From NCBI GenBank assembly GCA_951406725.2, contig OX597817.1:104346001-104410000 (forward strand): a stretch of DNA of 64,000 bases, read 5' to 3'. Positions 24,758-38,211 of the stretch are shown here, in pieces; position 1 is the first letter of the stretch; each line of letters begins with the position of its first letter. The translations under genes were made by a program, and so were the position numbers. The DNA comes from Octopus vulgaris. Its lineage: Eukaryota. The notes beneath the pieces were generated by a model, which was not told where the DNA came from, searched no databases, and worked only from the letters and a program-made list of their open reading frames with translations.

Positions 24758-27700
24758 GTGATGGCTATTCACATTGGTTGTTTAAATGTTCATGGCCTGT
24801 TGTCAAGCTGGAAGCAAGGACGCTTTCTGAATGACATCAGGTCGAGAAATTTGGATGTAATTGTTGCAACGGAAACCCGGGTGAAGGGGCCAAGAGATCT
24901 GCTCCCCCTCCTGAACGGCTACGAGAAATACGTTTCTCCGAGTCGGGCGGGAGGTGGGGGTGGGGTGTTGGTCCTACTAAAAAGAAACCGGGTAGCCGAG
25001 AAAAAGTTGGTTTTTTCTGACCCAGAAGGCAGGCTGGTCGTTCTCGATTTGACATTCAGTTGTGGCAAGACAATCAGGCTGGTCGCTATTTACGCACCAA
25101 ACATTATTGGCCCGCAAACTGAATATTTTCGTGGCCTAGGAAAGTTCCTAGCCACGTCGCATTCACTAGTAGTGTTAGGAGACTCTAATACAATATGTGC
25201 AGCACACACAGATTGTGTTGGCTCAAACTCGAACATGAACAGAAAATGTAACCCAGGCTTTCGGGATCTGCTAAGTGAATTTCAGCTAGCAGATCCATAT
25301 AGGTTGGAGCACCCGAACACTCCACAGTGGACGTGGTCAAATAGTGACGGGTCTACCAGAACATATCTAGATAGGATTTTAATTAGAGAAAAAGATAAGT
25401 CCATAGTTGAGTGTCCACAGTTTTTTCTAGTCAGCTACAGTGACCACAAGATGGTTACCTGTAAACTGACGGTAGATAAGTTGCATAGACAGGGATCTGG
25501 CTACTGGAAACTCAATACGTCCCTTTTGGCGATTGAGGAGTACAGAAAGCGGATCAAGATGTTAATACAGAGGGCATTAACAGGTACCATCATTAATAAC
25601 AAATGGTGGTACGCCCTAAAAAGAGCCATCAAATATGAGTCTATTAGGTTTAGCATAAGTTTAGCTAAGAAGGGACGTAAAATAGGAGATGGTCTAGTTA
25701 AGGAACTAGAAGAAGCCTGGAGGACTTGTAATACAGACCAAGCGAGGGTGAAAAGACTGGAGTTAAACCAACATCTTGAAGCCCACCACATGGGAAGTAT
25801 TACCAGAGCTAAGTTACGTGCAATGGGAAGTGAAGGAATCAAAGCCGCTGGATGGGCCCGAGTGGTGGAAGCTCGGCAAGGAAATAGTTCCTCTATTCGG
25901 TCTTTGACGAATCAAAATGGTGTCTTGATAAACGAACCCGAGAAAATGTGTGAGGTCTTTCGGGAGTACTTCGCCCAGCTGTTCGGGGGTGACGGCGGTC
26001 CTGGTGGTGGGAGAGCCCTCGAGGACTTTCTTACCGGGCTGCCGTGCCTCTCGGGGTCGGATGCGGAGTCTTGCGAAGGGCCAATCACACCTGAGGAGGT
26101 GATGGAGGCTTTGGCCGATTGTAAAGCGGGTAAGTCACCGGGACTTGATGGTCTTCCGTACGAGCTGTATAAATGTATGCCAGACTTGTTCGGGCAACTA
26201 CTGACTGACGTGTACGCGAACTGGAAACAGAATGGGTTTATCCCCAGATCTGTGCGCCGGGGAGTAGTGACGTTGGTCAGAAAGGACCCGGACAAGGGGG
26301 ACGTTCTAGATAATTTCAGGCCCATCACTCTGTTAAACGCAGAAGTGAAGATTTTGGCCAAGGTTCTAGCAAAAAGGTTGGCGCGTGTCGCGATTGGTAT
26401 AGTCGGGGAGGCACAGACATGTGCCATCCCAGGCAGAACCATTCAAGATACCCTCCATCTTATTCGCTATACCATAGAGAGGTTTGGTAATAAATCTGGC
26501 AAAGGTGGGGCATTGGTGCATTTGGACCAGTCTAAAGCTTTTGATAGGGTTGACCATCGATACCTAGCGACTGTACTTGCGCGGTTTGGCCTGGGCCTTG
26601 GCTTCCTCGGGTGGTTTATCGCTTTGTACCACAACATTGACTCGATAGTTCGGGTGAACGGTTTCCTTTCGAAGCCGTTCTGCATCAGACGCTCGGTTCG
26701 TCAAGGATGTCCGCTTTCACCACTTTTGTATGTGATGGCTCTCGAGCCATTACTGCAAAGGTTGAGTGGCATCCCGAGAGAACCAGGACTAGAGGAGTTT
26801 GTTACGGCTTTCGCGGATGATATCACTATCAGTGTAACCACAGTGGCACGCCTACGTGAAGTAGGTAAGACTATTGAGGCTTACGAGGAGGTAGCAGGAG
26901 CAAAGATTAACCGGGAAAAGTCGGTCGGCTTGCAGCTCGGCACCTGGGTTGGCAAGTCGATGCCTTCAGACAGTGTTGTTAGGCGCTGGACGGAGGGACC
27001 GGTTAAGTTGCTGGGAGTCTGGTTTGGACCAGGCCTCCAGATAGAGAAGAACTGGACGGAGGTATTGAGCAGGGTGGCTGCAGTAGTCAAGACCTGGTCT
27101 TGGCGATGGCTATCCCTGAAAGGGAGGGCGGAAGTGGCCAATGTGTTTATCGTATCGGTCATTACCTACCGCCTGACCGTCGTGCCGTCCGGATTCGTGG
27201 TTGATCAGGTTGGAGAGACAGCTCTTTCGCTTTTTGTGGAAGGGCAGGTCGCCACTTGTGAAACGCTCTGTCTGCTGTCAAAAGCCTTTAAATGGAGGTT
27301 TAGGGATGCCTTGGTTAATGATGCGCAGACATGCGTTGAGGTTGAGGCACCTCTGGATTCTCCTGGATAGTGAACGGGTGTGGTCTCCGCTGGCCAGACA
27401 AATGTTCCCTGAGTTCAAGAGTTTTTGCGAACAGGAAGCCTGGTGTTCTCGTAGACCGAGGTCGAGTGAGTGGCATAAAGAGTGCCGTAAGGCCCTCTTG
27501 CTGTTCCGGCGCTCGGGCAACGCCAGCGGTGGGGGTTCCACACGGATTTTATATAGTGGGTTGGTAGAGTCTGAATGCGACGATGGCCTGGGGTCGACTC
27601 TAGGTCTCGGATTTATTCAACTGGACAGCTTGTTTCATCGTACATTCGGGTTGAGAACGTTGGACAACTTCCAAAAGTCCTTAACCTGGCAATGCTACAG

Positions 27701-28163
27701 AGGTGCCTTGCCCCTTTGGGATAAGCTCGCAAGACATGGTAAACGTCAGTCGCCGACCTGTCCAAGATGCGGTGGGGACAGGGAAACCGTCCCTCACGCT
27801 ATTGTTCAGTGTCCGGAGATAACTGAAATGTGGGCTTATGCTGAACATCTGTTGTCCGGCGAAGGAAGAGTACGGCTGTCGACTGAGTCAATTATAAAAA
27901 TTGACCCACCGGGAGTTCTAACGAACGAGGGTAAGAATTATTTTCTCACGGTTGTAGCAATAGCAAAAGAGGCTGTATGGAAGACTAGGATAAAAGGAAT
28001 TAAGACAGGCAACTTTATCTCTGGTGACAATTTGCGATCCTTTTTTTTTTCTTTTCATTTGAAAAGGAAACTGTGGCTGGAGAAGAGGTGTCTGTCAGAG
28101 TGTACGTTCCAAAAGAGATGGAAGTATGTTGCACGAGTGTTGTGCGTGCAAGGAACCGTGTGA
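24758..28163 (+). CDS. LINE ORF2, APE endonuclease plus reverse transcriptase plus C-terminal zinc finger (one frameshift near 27190)
   Basis: GCLNVHG, IYAPN, YLDRI, SDH endonuclease motifs; GYWKLN, KSPGLDG, FRPITLLN, KAFDRV, RQGCPLSP, AFADD; continues in ORF 27201-28163 with GGLG and CPRC..ET..H...C. Confidence 0.93.
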
Positions 28164-28399
28164 ATAGACGAGAAAAAAAAAAAAAAAAGGTATCAGCGGT
28201 AGATCGGGGCTTGTGGGATCGGAGCGTAACTTGATCATCGCTTCATTTGTATTGTTTTTGTACTGTGTATTCCATTCGATTTTTATGTATTGTATTTTAT
28301 TTTTGATGTCACATTTATGTAAAATCATATCGATTCACTGATCTCATCAGTTGTACTGTCCATATCTATGTTTGGCCCCCGGTGAGCAATAAAGAAATT

Positions 28400-28932
28400 C
28401 GTATTTCGTCTGCTGTTACGCTCTGATCTCAAATTTCGCCAAGGTCGACTTTGCCTTTCATCCTTTCGGGGTCGATAAATTAAGTACCAGTTACGCACTG
28501 GGGTCGATGTAATCGACTTAATCCGTTTGTCTGTCCTCGCTGTGTTTAGCCCCTTGTGGGTAGTAAAGAAATAGGTATTTCGTCTGTTGTTACGTTCTGA
28601 GTTCAAATTCCGCTGAGGTCGACTTTGCCTTTCGTCCTTTCGGGTTCGATTAAATAAGTACCAGTTGCGCACTGGGGTCGATATAATCGACTTAATCTGT
28701 TTGTCTGTCCTTGTTTGCCCCCTATGTGTGTAGCCCCTTGTGGGCAGTAAAGAAATAAGAAACGTTAGCTGAGCAGCATTTCGTCTGTCTCTACATACTG
28801 AGTTCAAATTCGTCGAGCTCGACTTTGCCTTTCGTGATCGATAAAATGAGTACCAGTTGGGCACTGGGAGTTAATGTAATCGACTTACTCCTCTCACGAA
28901 ACTGCTGGCCTGGTGCCAAAACTTGAAACCAA
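28400..28932 (+). mobile_element. Three tandem family B SINE bodies, the first two ending in a LINE-like tail
   Basis: Units start near 28400, 28575 and 28760; tails CTGTCC..GCCCCTTGTGGG.AGTAAAGAAAT. Confidence 0.85.
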
Positions 28933-29582
28933 TATTTTAAGTGCATGTGCTGCCATGTAAATAATAGCTGCTTCGTACATGTTTCTGTTCACCTTTTTCT
29001 ATCCCTCGGCCAGATTCTCAATCTTTTAAGTGATAAAGATAAATCGTACATCTTACTGTCTCACATATCCTTTCAACACTTGCTAGGAACTGCCTTCATA
29101 TTCAGAAAAAAACATGCAAATATGTAAATATATTTGCAGTAAAAAGAAATCCCTAGATCCTCTGACTTGTGAGAAGAGGAGACTAATTCACCCTTAATAC
29201 TCAATTCACACGTTGCGACTCTTAAAAACATGTGTGATATTTCCATTGGTCCCAATTTCAATTTCCTTTGCACCTGGAATCAACTCCCATGGTCCTGGCT
29301 TCAACTCCAATTGTTCCACGTTTCACTTCTGGAAATTATGGTAATCCTACCTATAGACGAAATAAAAATAGTTTGGAATCAGAATTAAGGAGTGAAGTTT
29401 TCTAAGTGAACTCCTATGATGATGGTAGCCTCTCGCAGTCCAAGAAAGATGACTCTACAATTTCTTGATGGATAACCTGCACAAATGATTTGTTTATAGT
29501 GATCAAACGTTTCTACTGTACATTAAACTCTTAATTGGTTAATATAGCATTTGAGTGATGGTAACTTACATATTTACACATA

Positions 29583-30375
29583 TAAGAGGTGAATACCAGC
29601 AGTCTTCAGACATTTTTTGAAGTTATAACTGTCCTAGATCATTGTAATTTTAGTTTATCTTTATTATACATCTAATAAGCTGGCCTGTCGAATTTTGGTA
29701 TTTCAGACTGAAAGAGGCGACTGTAACAGCACTTCGAACACACCCTACTAAACACTGCTTGTCGAGCTGACTAGTTTGTAGAATGCAGTTGAAACGTGAA
29801 GACAATTTGGAAACTTGCTATGCAATAAACTTTTTAGTTAAACTAGGCAAAAAACGCTATAGAAACATATGAAACACTTCATACTGCTTATGGATTAACC
29901 TGTATGAGCCGAGCATTTGTCTTTCGCAGGCACAAGAGTCTAGACAAAGCAAGCCCACCGGGAAGTTCATATGATCCCCTTTTTCGACAGCAAGGGCATC
30001 ATCTACATCCACTTGGTTGCCTCTGGCCAGTCAGTCAACAAAGAGAACTTTGTGGGGATTTTAAAGGAGTTCAGGAAAAGATTTCATCGCAAAAAACCAG
30101 AGTGCCTGCACCAGGATGATGCACCAGACATTAAAACTGTACCTACAATCCACGGTTTGATACCTGTGACTTGGTTGAAGCTGAAGATGGGAGAGGCTGT
30201 GACAATGGACCAGAACACGTTCACTTTAGAGGACTTTTGTGGAGCCTTCACGAAGTGGCCTGATCACTACAATTGAGATCAGAGGATCTACTTTGAAGGA
30301 AATTAGTTTTGTACTTCTTTGAAATTAATAAATGTCTTCTGAAAAAGTTTCAAAACCTCTGGAATGCACCTGATA
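29583..30375 (+). mobile_element. Deleted mariner transposon relic
   Basis: ORF 29971-30276 FFDSKGII...GQSVN...KKP..LHQDDAP resembles the mariner catalytic region; degenerate TIRs at both ends. Confidence 0.75.
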
Positions 30376-30699
30376 CTTTGCAAAGAAAGACAACATTTCC
30401 ACCCAAGCAAACTTCTGCACACACCCATTACAGACAAATTAGAGGGAACACTGATGACAAGAGATGAATGTAGTAATGAACTTGGTATGCAGCAAGTTAA
30501 CTTGGGCCCAAGTGTCGTTATAGTAGAGGTAGAAAAGACAATATGGAGAAATTTCACATCAGTGGGATAGAATGGAAGCGTGTGGAGCAGTCAAACGGGT
30601 GGACTAATCTGCCAAACGGGCGGATTGATTTCTTTCGTATACTCTCTAGGGTGTGTGTGTGTTGCAATAATATCACGGTTGTGAGCACTAGTTGTGTTT

Positions 30700-31480
30700 T
30701 ATAAAGTATAAACACGTGTTCAAAGATGAAATATTATCTAGGTCAGAAGAAGAAACCCAATCTTTGGGAAGCAGTTTTTGCTATGTTGTAAATGTGAGTG
30801 AGTTCTAGCAAATGTTGAGTGTTATAATTGAACGTTGCCCAAGAGTGAAGAATATTGAGTACAAAAATATTTCCTTTGATATGTGCTGTGTTGTTGAAAG
30901 ATATAAAATTGGCAGGTCCCCTGTGGTGAGAGGTTTCTAGGACTTTGGTCATGGAGGAAATGCAGGTTTATGTGAGGTATATAACTGCATGTGGATGACG
31001 TCCGTGTGCGAAAGAAAAGGGAGAAACTGATTTCATCTGCAAAGGAGGAACGAGCCTTGTTTGGTGATAGCAAGTAGGTTGTAAATGTGCAGAAAGAGTG
31101 GCTGAGATATAACCGAACCTTGCAGCACACCAAGGTTGATTCGATCAAAGAGAGCACTGTATCACTGCGTACAACCTCCAATATAAAACTAGAGAAACGA
31201 GTGGTGCCCATAAGTACACCGTTAAACCAAGAAATTATCATGCTTGACCCAACATGGCTTGCTGTTGTTAAGAGCAATGGCATCAATAAATTTTTCAAGA
31301 AAAAGACTACTGGTGAGTGACATATGAGAGTAGATCTCTAGTACATATGGCCTGAGAAGGTAACTGTTAGCAATTGTTTCAATGACCTTTGAAATGCTGG
31401 AAGTAAGAGCGATAGGTCGATAACTAGCAAATTCAGAGATATTGTCCAGAGTAAAGAAAATAAAAACAAGCTTAATGTTT
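30700..31480 (-). mobile_element. Decayed non-LTR RT fragment (CR1/L2/Jockey-like)
   Basis: Minus-strand GVLQGSVI..PLFL, SFADE, SWF..., ASQRLGF remnants. Confidence 0.6.
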
Positions 31481-31739
31481 TATGATATAATCTTCGTTGG
31501 TGTTTCGTATTTCTGAATTATTCAAATCCTACTTGAGTTCAATTAATCAATAAAAAACACAGCAGCGACATGCTAGGATCAAGTCAATTAGATTCTCCTC
31601 CACTAATAAAAAATATATAATCATTTTATATTTACCCAGATACAATGCTATTTAGAGATACACGCAGACACAAATATTAATGATTGCAGCAGTCTACACA
31701 ATAAGCCATGTCTTACTATACGATATCTCGACAGAGGGT

Positions 31740-32480
31740 CCCGAGATCAACCCTGTGGTTACAATGCAGATGCTATAATTGCCCTTTCAGAAGATTTGGC
31801 GCAAGAAGGAATTCTCCACCAACTAGACAGAAAGCTACTGTGTGAAGTTCCCAAAGATGTTAGCAAATACAAAACTACTGTAGGCTGGTTGTCAGTCCCA
31901 GGAATGATCTCCACTGGGTTATTCTGGAAAGACTCGAAAAAGTACTAAATGCCCGTCTACGGGAAGAGCAAGCAGAATTTCGTCAGAACGTGTCATGTGC
32001 GGATTAGATAGCTTCTTTGAGAACTATGGTCGATCAGTCTATAGTTTGATTATCTCTTCTGTATTTAAATTTCAGACTTATGAAAAGAAGTTTGATAGTG
32101 TCTACTGTGACTAATGGGTAGAGCACCAGAGTATCTCACAGAAATGTGTACAGAAACCACGAGAGGGAATATCCTGTGGGATTCTATGATGGAAGATTAA
32201 CAAGAAATTTCAGTGAAAACCAGCCTTTGTTGTTTTTTTGGCAATCAATTGGATAATGAGAATTATTGTAGTAGACAGGAAGATATGAATTCAGTGGACC
32301 ATGCTTGAAGATCTTGATTACGTGGATGGCCTTGTACTGCTTGCATCAGATGCAGAAAATTCCTCTCATCGCAATGTCAGCACAAGTTAGCCTGAACATT
32401 CAGAGGCAAAAAACAAGATTATGAGACTCAATGCTAACACAGAATTACCATTACAATAATAAGGACAAGCCATTTGAGGA
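31740..32480 (+). mobile_element. Decayed RTE-like RT fragment
   Basis: LREEQAEFR..SC.D and LEDLDY.D remnants. Confidence 0.55.
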
Positions 32481-35400
32481 ACTCAAATTCCCTCACCCAA
32501 AATTCAAGCCTTGTACCTATAGTAGAAAGAAGCAATTTATTTCAAAGCATTTTCAAATACACATTACCAGTAATGACATCCCCAGAATAAGTGGTAGTGA
32601 CCTAAAATTGTCATTAATATTTTGTTGTATCCAAACGCAAATTGTCACAGTTCAAAGACTTTTGGCAACTATTAATCAGTCAGTCAGAATCTTACAATAA
32701 GAATTTCATAATACAATTGAGGATTCCTTTTTTTAATTATTAATGACTTCAGCTCTATTTCTCATTCCATTTCAGTTCTTCATTATATTTTTAGTGAAGG
32801 TCAGTCTATGAACTCTCTCTCTATCTCTCTCTTAAGTTCTAATTTTGCAAGAGCAACAGAAAATAGAATACAGAATCTTCAACCAGTGAATTATAAGTGA
32901 TATGTTACTCAACTTATACAATGCCAGAGATTGTTCTTGGAAAAAATCATCATGCAAGCAAAAGTACAACTTGTGTTTTTATCTTTTTCATAGTTACTTA
33001 TTTCAAGCAATTTTATGCCACCATTTATGGATTACTGACTTTCAAATTTCACAGCATATAATATTCAGATAATGTAAGTCTTCAACTGTTATGCTTAAAT
33101 TACAGTAGCACTTGCATCAGGATAAAATATGAGCCAACAAGGCAGTTTCCATGAAGTCACTCAGTCAACTAGAAGTAGCAAATAAATTCCTTTCATACTA
33201 CGCCACTCCAAAAAAAAAAAAAATTCAAAGGATACTGTGTCTGAGTTAGTCAAACTTTATCCCAGTATGCTTGATCAGAATTAACTTGCAGTTAAACAAA
33301 TGTAATCTGTAAAGAGTGGTTCTGTTCTCAACTTCTTCCCATTGCTGGTATTATTGCAAGAATTTAAGGCCTAGTTAAGTCATATAAGTTTCCTGTTTTC
33401 CAGTTAAGCTATCTTGTACATCAACCCTTTTGTTACTGTATTTTTGTTGAGATACACTGCTTTTGTTTCAATTTAATTTGAAAATTAAGCCAATGTTTGG
33501 TACATAAATTTTGATGGACGGTTTCAACTAAGAACACTTTTAAGCAGGAAATTTGTATTGCAGAACCAATGGCAATCTTGGACAGCTTAGTATCACAGGG
33601 GTATAAGGTAGAAACCTTATAAGAGTATTTGATATTTCATTAGATTCTAATGCACCAATTGTATTCCTTATTTATTCACTCCTCTTGCAACCAATGAAGT
33701 CACTTCCCCTTTACACAACAGAATCATTTACATCTCTTCTGTTAACTATCAGTTTAATTAGTTTTCTATATGTTCAATCAGTCTCAGCACCATATTTTAA
33801 ACTTTTCCAATAAACTCTGAATTTATTCTGCAAAGAGAACCAAATCACATGCTTAAACCTCCCTACACCTTATCACTTATGTACATAGCTTCTAGTACTG
33901 CAATTAAGACAAATGTGCTTATGAAACATAGCCAAACCTAAAACATTTACTCAAAACAAACTAATACCTAGTTTCTTCAAATTCTCACAGATAATTATCT
34001 ATACTGCTGTGTGTTTGGGCGTTGACTTAAAAAAAGAAACTGGCTTACGATTAGTTAAAAAGAGGCTTATCAGAGGTAAAAGTCAATATAAGAGTATACT
34101 GCAATCTCTAACCAAGAGCAAAATAAGGAAATGAAGAAGTTTTGCTGTGTGCAAAATCTATGGCAGAATGAAGACAACTGAAAAGTTGTAGCAATATAGA
34201 AAGATATAATCTAATAAGCCAAATGTGAGAAGCTTAAGTGCAGTGGTTGAACCTGCTAGAAATAGTGGCCAAATCTTGCTCAAATCATGCCCAACCACAT
34301 TCAAATGAGAACACATTGGATAATATATTCATGAATATACAAAAAGACAAGATGGTCAAAATAGGATTGGTTATAGGTCTGCTTAATTAGAACTGACCTG
34401 AGATTAAACGACAACAACATACACTATCAGTTACATGAAAATAACTATGGAACACACCAACCAAAATTCAGTTTTTAACACTAATAAAAATGCTCTATTT
34501 TTAATCTAATTTAGTAAAAAAAAGCATTAATAAATAAACAAAACATATTAGAAGAGACTTAAATATTTCCATTGTTTATTCATTTGGTACATGGATTCCC
34601 ATATTAAATGAGTAATAGAATACATAACTAGCCTTGGACTGTATAAATATCACAGGGTTTGTTTAACTGTTATTCCTTGGTTTCTGTTCATTATCTCCTA
34701 AGACACTAGAGTAAATCTTAAGAGATCAACATGAAAAATGAAACAAGCAACAAATATCCAATGTAATAATTCAATGTCAATAATATAAAGAATCCAATGT
34801 CATATATAAACCTTAACTTTCTGATGTTGGAGATTTATACACTAGCAATCATTTTTTTTTCAAAAAAGTCACACACATAAATACAAACATCAACACATTC
34901 ATATATTATGCATTTGTTGCATGGAAATTATGTTAGCAAGAGATTCTACAAAGAAAAAAACAAAACAAAGTTCAGAAATAAACCTGGCAGTTTCATTAAT
35001 GGAAGGATATAAGAAATATAAGCAAAATATTACAATAAATAAATAAATTTATTGAAAGCATTATTATATAAAAATAGGTACAAAGCCAGAGGCTGATTTT
35101 TTGTTATTTATCAGCAAACTAATTGAAATTATTTAAATTTTAAGTCAGCCAAAACTTCTTTCATGCTTCTATAATAACATAAAAGAAACAAATTTAAAAT
35201 TTTTTTAAAAATTACTTTTAGAAGGCAGAGACAGTTTGAAATAGACTCCTTAGGTCACAAATGAGGCATATTTTTAAACTAGAAAAAAATTTTTTAGCTT
35301 GGATGTTAAAACCATCCAATCTTTGAAGATATATTGCATGAAAACAAATTCCCATGCTCAAAATAAGACAACAAAGAAATTCTTTGTTATATTTCAAATA

Positions 35401-36334
35401 TAATAAAAACAAAAATCTTTATGCGAACATCTCTTATCAAAAGGGATAGGGAAGAAAAGTGTTGGAGCTAATTGTGAGGAATTAAAATAGTTTGATTATA
35501 TATAAAAGTAAGTGGTTCACGTATTGCTTCAGTCTTTAAAAGATAAACAGTTTTTAAAATAATCATAAGACTTAGTTAAAACCTTTCATAGCAATATTTC
35601 TGAAATACACAGTTGCAATTAAATTTTAAAACAATCAAGAATTTGGTTAGTAAAATGACTAACATTTTTCATTATTATGCTGGAAGGTTTTAATTAAATT
35701 TGGCAGTTTTGTAATAAAGAACCAGAGATGGTTTCAGGCAAGTTAGTATCAAAAGAGTAGGAACAATTAATATACTTTTATTCATCTGAAACATCATGAT
35801 GATCATAAAAATATACAAAACTTTAGAATGTATTCTATCTTTTCTTATTAAGTTAATGTTATTTCTATCTTAAAGAGAAAAGATTAAGTTCTTTCTTAAT
35901 TATACAGCAAACAGGTTTTCATATCTGCTATTTCGAAAATTAATTTTATTCAGTCCAGAAAGATGGTTATGGTTAAACAATATATAGAGCAGAAAGATTT
36001 TAAAACGAAAATTGAAGGCTTTCTTCTTTTTCTTCCTATACAGCTAAATTAGATTGTTCCATCAGATGAGGTAGGGCAAGTTCTGATTTTATATCTGGTA
36101 TAGCAATACTAATATTTTGAGAATGTTTGTTATTATAATTTAGTTCAAATAAAAGAGAATAAACCAACAGAAAAGGGGATTTAAAAGGCCAATCTAATGC
36201 AAACAAGAGACTGAGATTCTTAAAAAAAAATTAAGATTTTTTTTCTGAAATGAGATTTAAAATCAGTTAAAAAAAGATTGTGCTGTTCACTAAACGTGCT
36301 ACAAACATAGAAGTTTGCCAGTGATCTTTAATTA

Positions 36335-36681
36335 TTAAGATACCAATGCAGTTGTTTCAACCTGTCTGACTTCTTCTGCTACATTATTACAACCAGATGA
36401 AGTGCTTTCCACATTATTTGAATGTTCTGTTTCACTAAAGTTTTCTTTATCAGAAGTTTCAATGTGTTGAGAGGCTTCACATGCATTGCTAGATTCAGAA
36501 CAAGTGGCAACAGGCGTTTGAGCGGATAAGGATACCTCCTCAGAAGGGTGTGAAGAAATTTCAGCTTTGTTTTTCTGAGCAGTTGCTTTTTCAAGATCTG
36601 CAGCAGGACTTGTTTCTGATGAATCCGCATTTTTAGTCATAGCAGTTTCATCATTATTTGCTGCCTGGTTGGTCGATTCAC
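36335..36681 (-). CDS. TXLN: Taxilin-family gene, terminal coding exon (acidic Ser/Ala/Glu-rich tail, stop at 36335)
   Basis: Acceptor TAAAATAG|GT; phase 1 matches the upstream exons; open to TAA; low-complexity tail as seen in taxilins. Confidence 0.7.
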
Positions 36682-36758
36682 CTATTTTAAAAAAACATCA
36701 AGTAAAATTTATGAAGAAATAATTCTATGAAATCAAATGAACCATTATCATCATTTAA

Positions 36759-38211
36759 CCCTTTCGTTACTATATTTCTGACCAAAATACACCCCTCATG
36801 AGTTTCAATTAAATTCTAAAATAATCATGAATTTAGGCTTGTTTCATTAAGTAACTGTAACTTTTTTTATTTATCAACATATTAATGTGATATTTGGAAC
36901 ATAATTAAAGAAAGGGTTCTTAATCAATTCTATTGCATAACTTTTGTCTCAAAGTGACTTTAATTGCAGGTAAATCCAGGTAAATTGAGCAAAAGGTAAA
37001 AATATTAAAATTTTAAATTGAGCAAAAGGTAAAAATTTTAAAATTTTAAATTGAGCAAAAGGTAAAAATATTAAAATTTTGTTTAAATATCACCATAGAA
37101 AATGAATCATCAGCTAATATTCAAATGGGTATGCAACAAAATTTTGATAAAGAAGAATTGTGCACATCAGTTGAATTTAATGCACAACAGGTGTACCATA
37201 AAGGTGGAATAAAGTGAAATACTGGAATCCACCGCAAGTTTGACCAAACTAAAGAAATAGGTCAAAAAATAATATACGGCCCTGGTTATGGTATGGAAGT
37301 GATAAATTCCAGACCACATCGTTCCCTAGGCCATGCTGACTAACATTATTTTCCCTGTATAAAAACTAAATCCACACAGTACCCAGTATTTATTTCACAA
37401 ATTTTCCGAAATTTGATCCCCCATTTTGTGATTGTTTACAATCTGCGTAAATTTGTTTCCGCATTGATCGCTTCAAACAATAACTTCCAGACCCCATCAT
37501 ACCCTAAGCCATGCTGACTAACATTAGTTTCCCTGTATAAAAACTAAATCCACAACAGTGCCCAGTATTTACTTCACAAATTTTCCGAACTTTGATCCCT
37601 CATTTTGTGTTTGTTTACATTCTGCGAAACAGTTTGCTTCCACAGTGATCGCTCCAAACAAGCATACAGAAAAAACAAAGTCTAACGGTTTTGCTTCCTA
37701 AGAAAGAATATAGATAAACTATCTCCTCAGAAAAATTGCTAATAAAAACATTTTTAAAGTTTTTTACTTCATTCCGATGTAAAATCGTCTTTGCTGTCAC
37801 CATCGCGGATTTGTTTCTTCGAAATCGCTGCTTTTCGGTTTCAGATAAAAAAATATCCTATTCATTATTTTGTACACCACGTGCTTTTGAACCTCATTCA
37901 TTCTTTTTCTCGATATCTCTCTATTTTCCGTTGAAAAAGCTTTAAATTCGTAATCAATGCTTGATAACATGAAACTCCTATCCATTTCAAAGTTGAAGAA
38001 AAATCGATGTCGAAAAAAATGTGGAAAAAAATCTCCCAAAATTCAGGGAATTAAAATTACACGTCGATCGTTGTACAAAACTGTAGATGAACTGTTTACG
38101 AAGTATAATCACGTGTTTTCACGAATGTACTAACGAGATTTTTAATGATATTCTCATTTAAATATGAATAGGTAATTACGGACGGTTTTGGGCGGCTTGG
38201 TAATGAAAGGG
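36759..38211. mobile_element. piggyBac-type non-autonomous element (1.45 kb) with internal tandem repeats
   Basis: TTAA|CCCTTTCGTTAC ... GTAATGAAAGGG|TAA; 33-bp unit x3 near 36980-37080 and ~180-bp unit x2 near 37305-37660; splits the RTE-type tail at its TTAA. Confidence 0.8.

Larger units (their letters stand above)
23061..28399 (+). mobile_element. Near full-length Tx1/L1-clade non-LTR retrotransposon (~5.3 kb)
   Basis: Two ORFs; TSD CGTATTTCGTCTG at 23045-23057 and 28400-28412; ends ...GCAATAAAGAAATT without a terminal poly(A). Confidence 0.93.

Noticed and set aside
25501-27541. Several minus-strand ORFs opposite the LINE ORF2
   Set aside because: Antisense shadows of a GC-richer coding region with no motifs of their own
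28322-28356. Antisense hammerhead-like motif in the LINE 3' UTR (CTGATGA-GATC..AATC-GATA)
   Set aside because: GAAA is replaced by GATA and there is no convincing stem I or III
33000-36334. Taxilin polyadenylation site
   Set aside because: Many minus-strand AATAAA hexamers in AT-rich DNA; none can be chosen without transcript data
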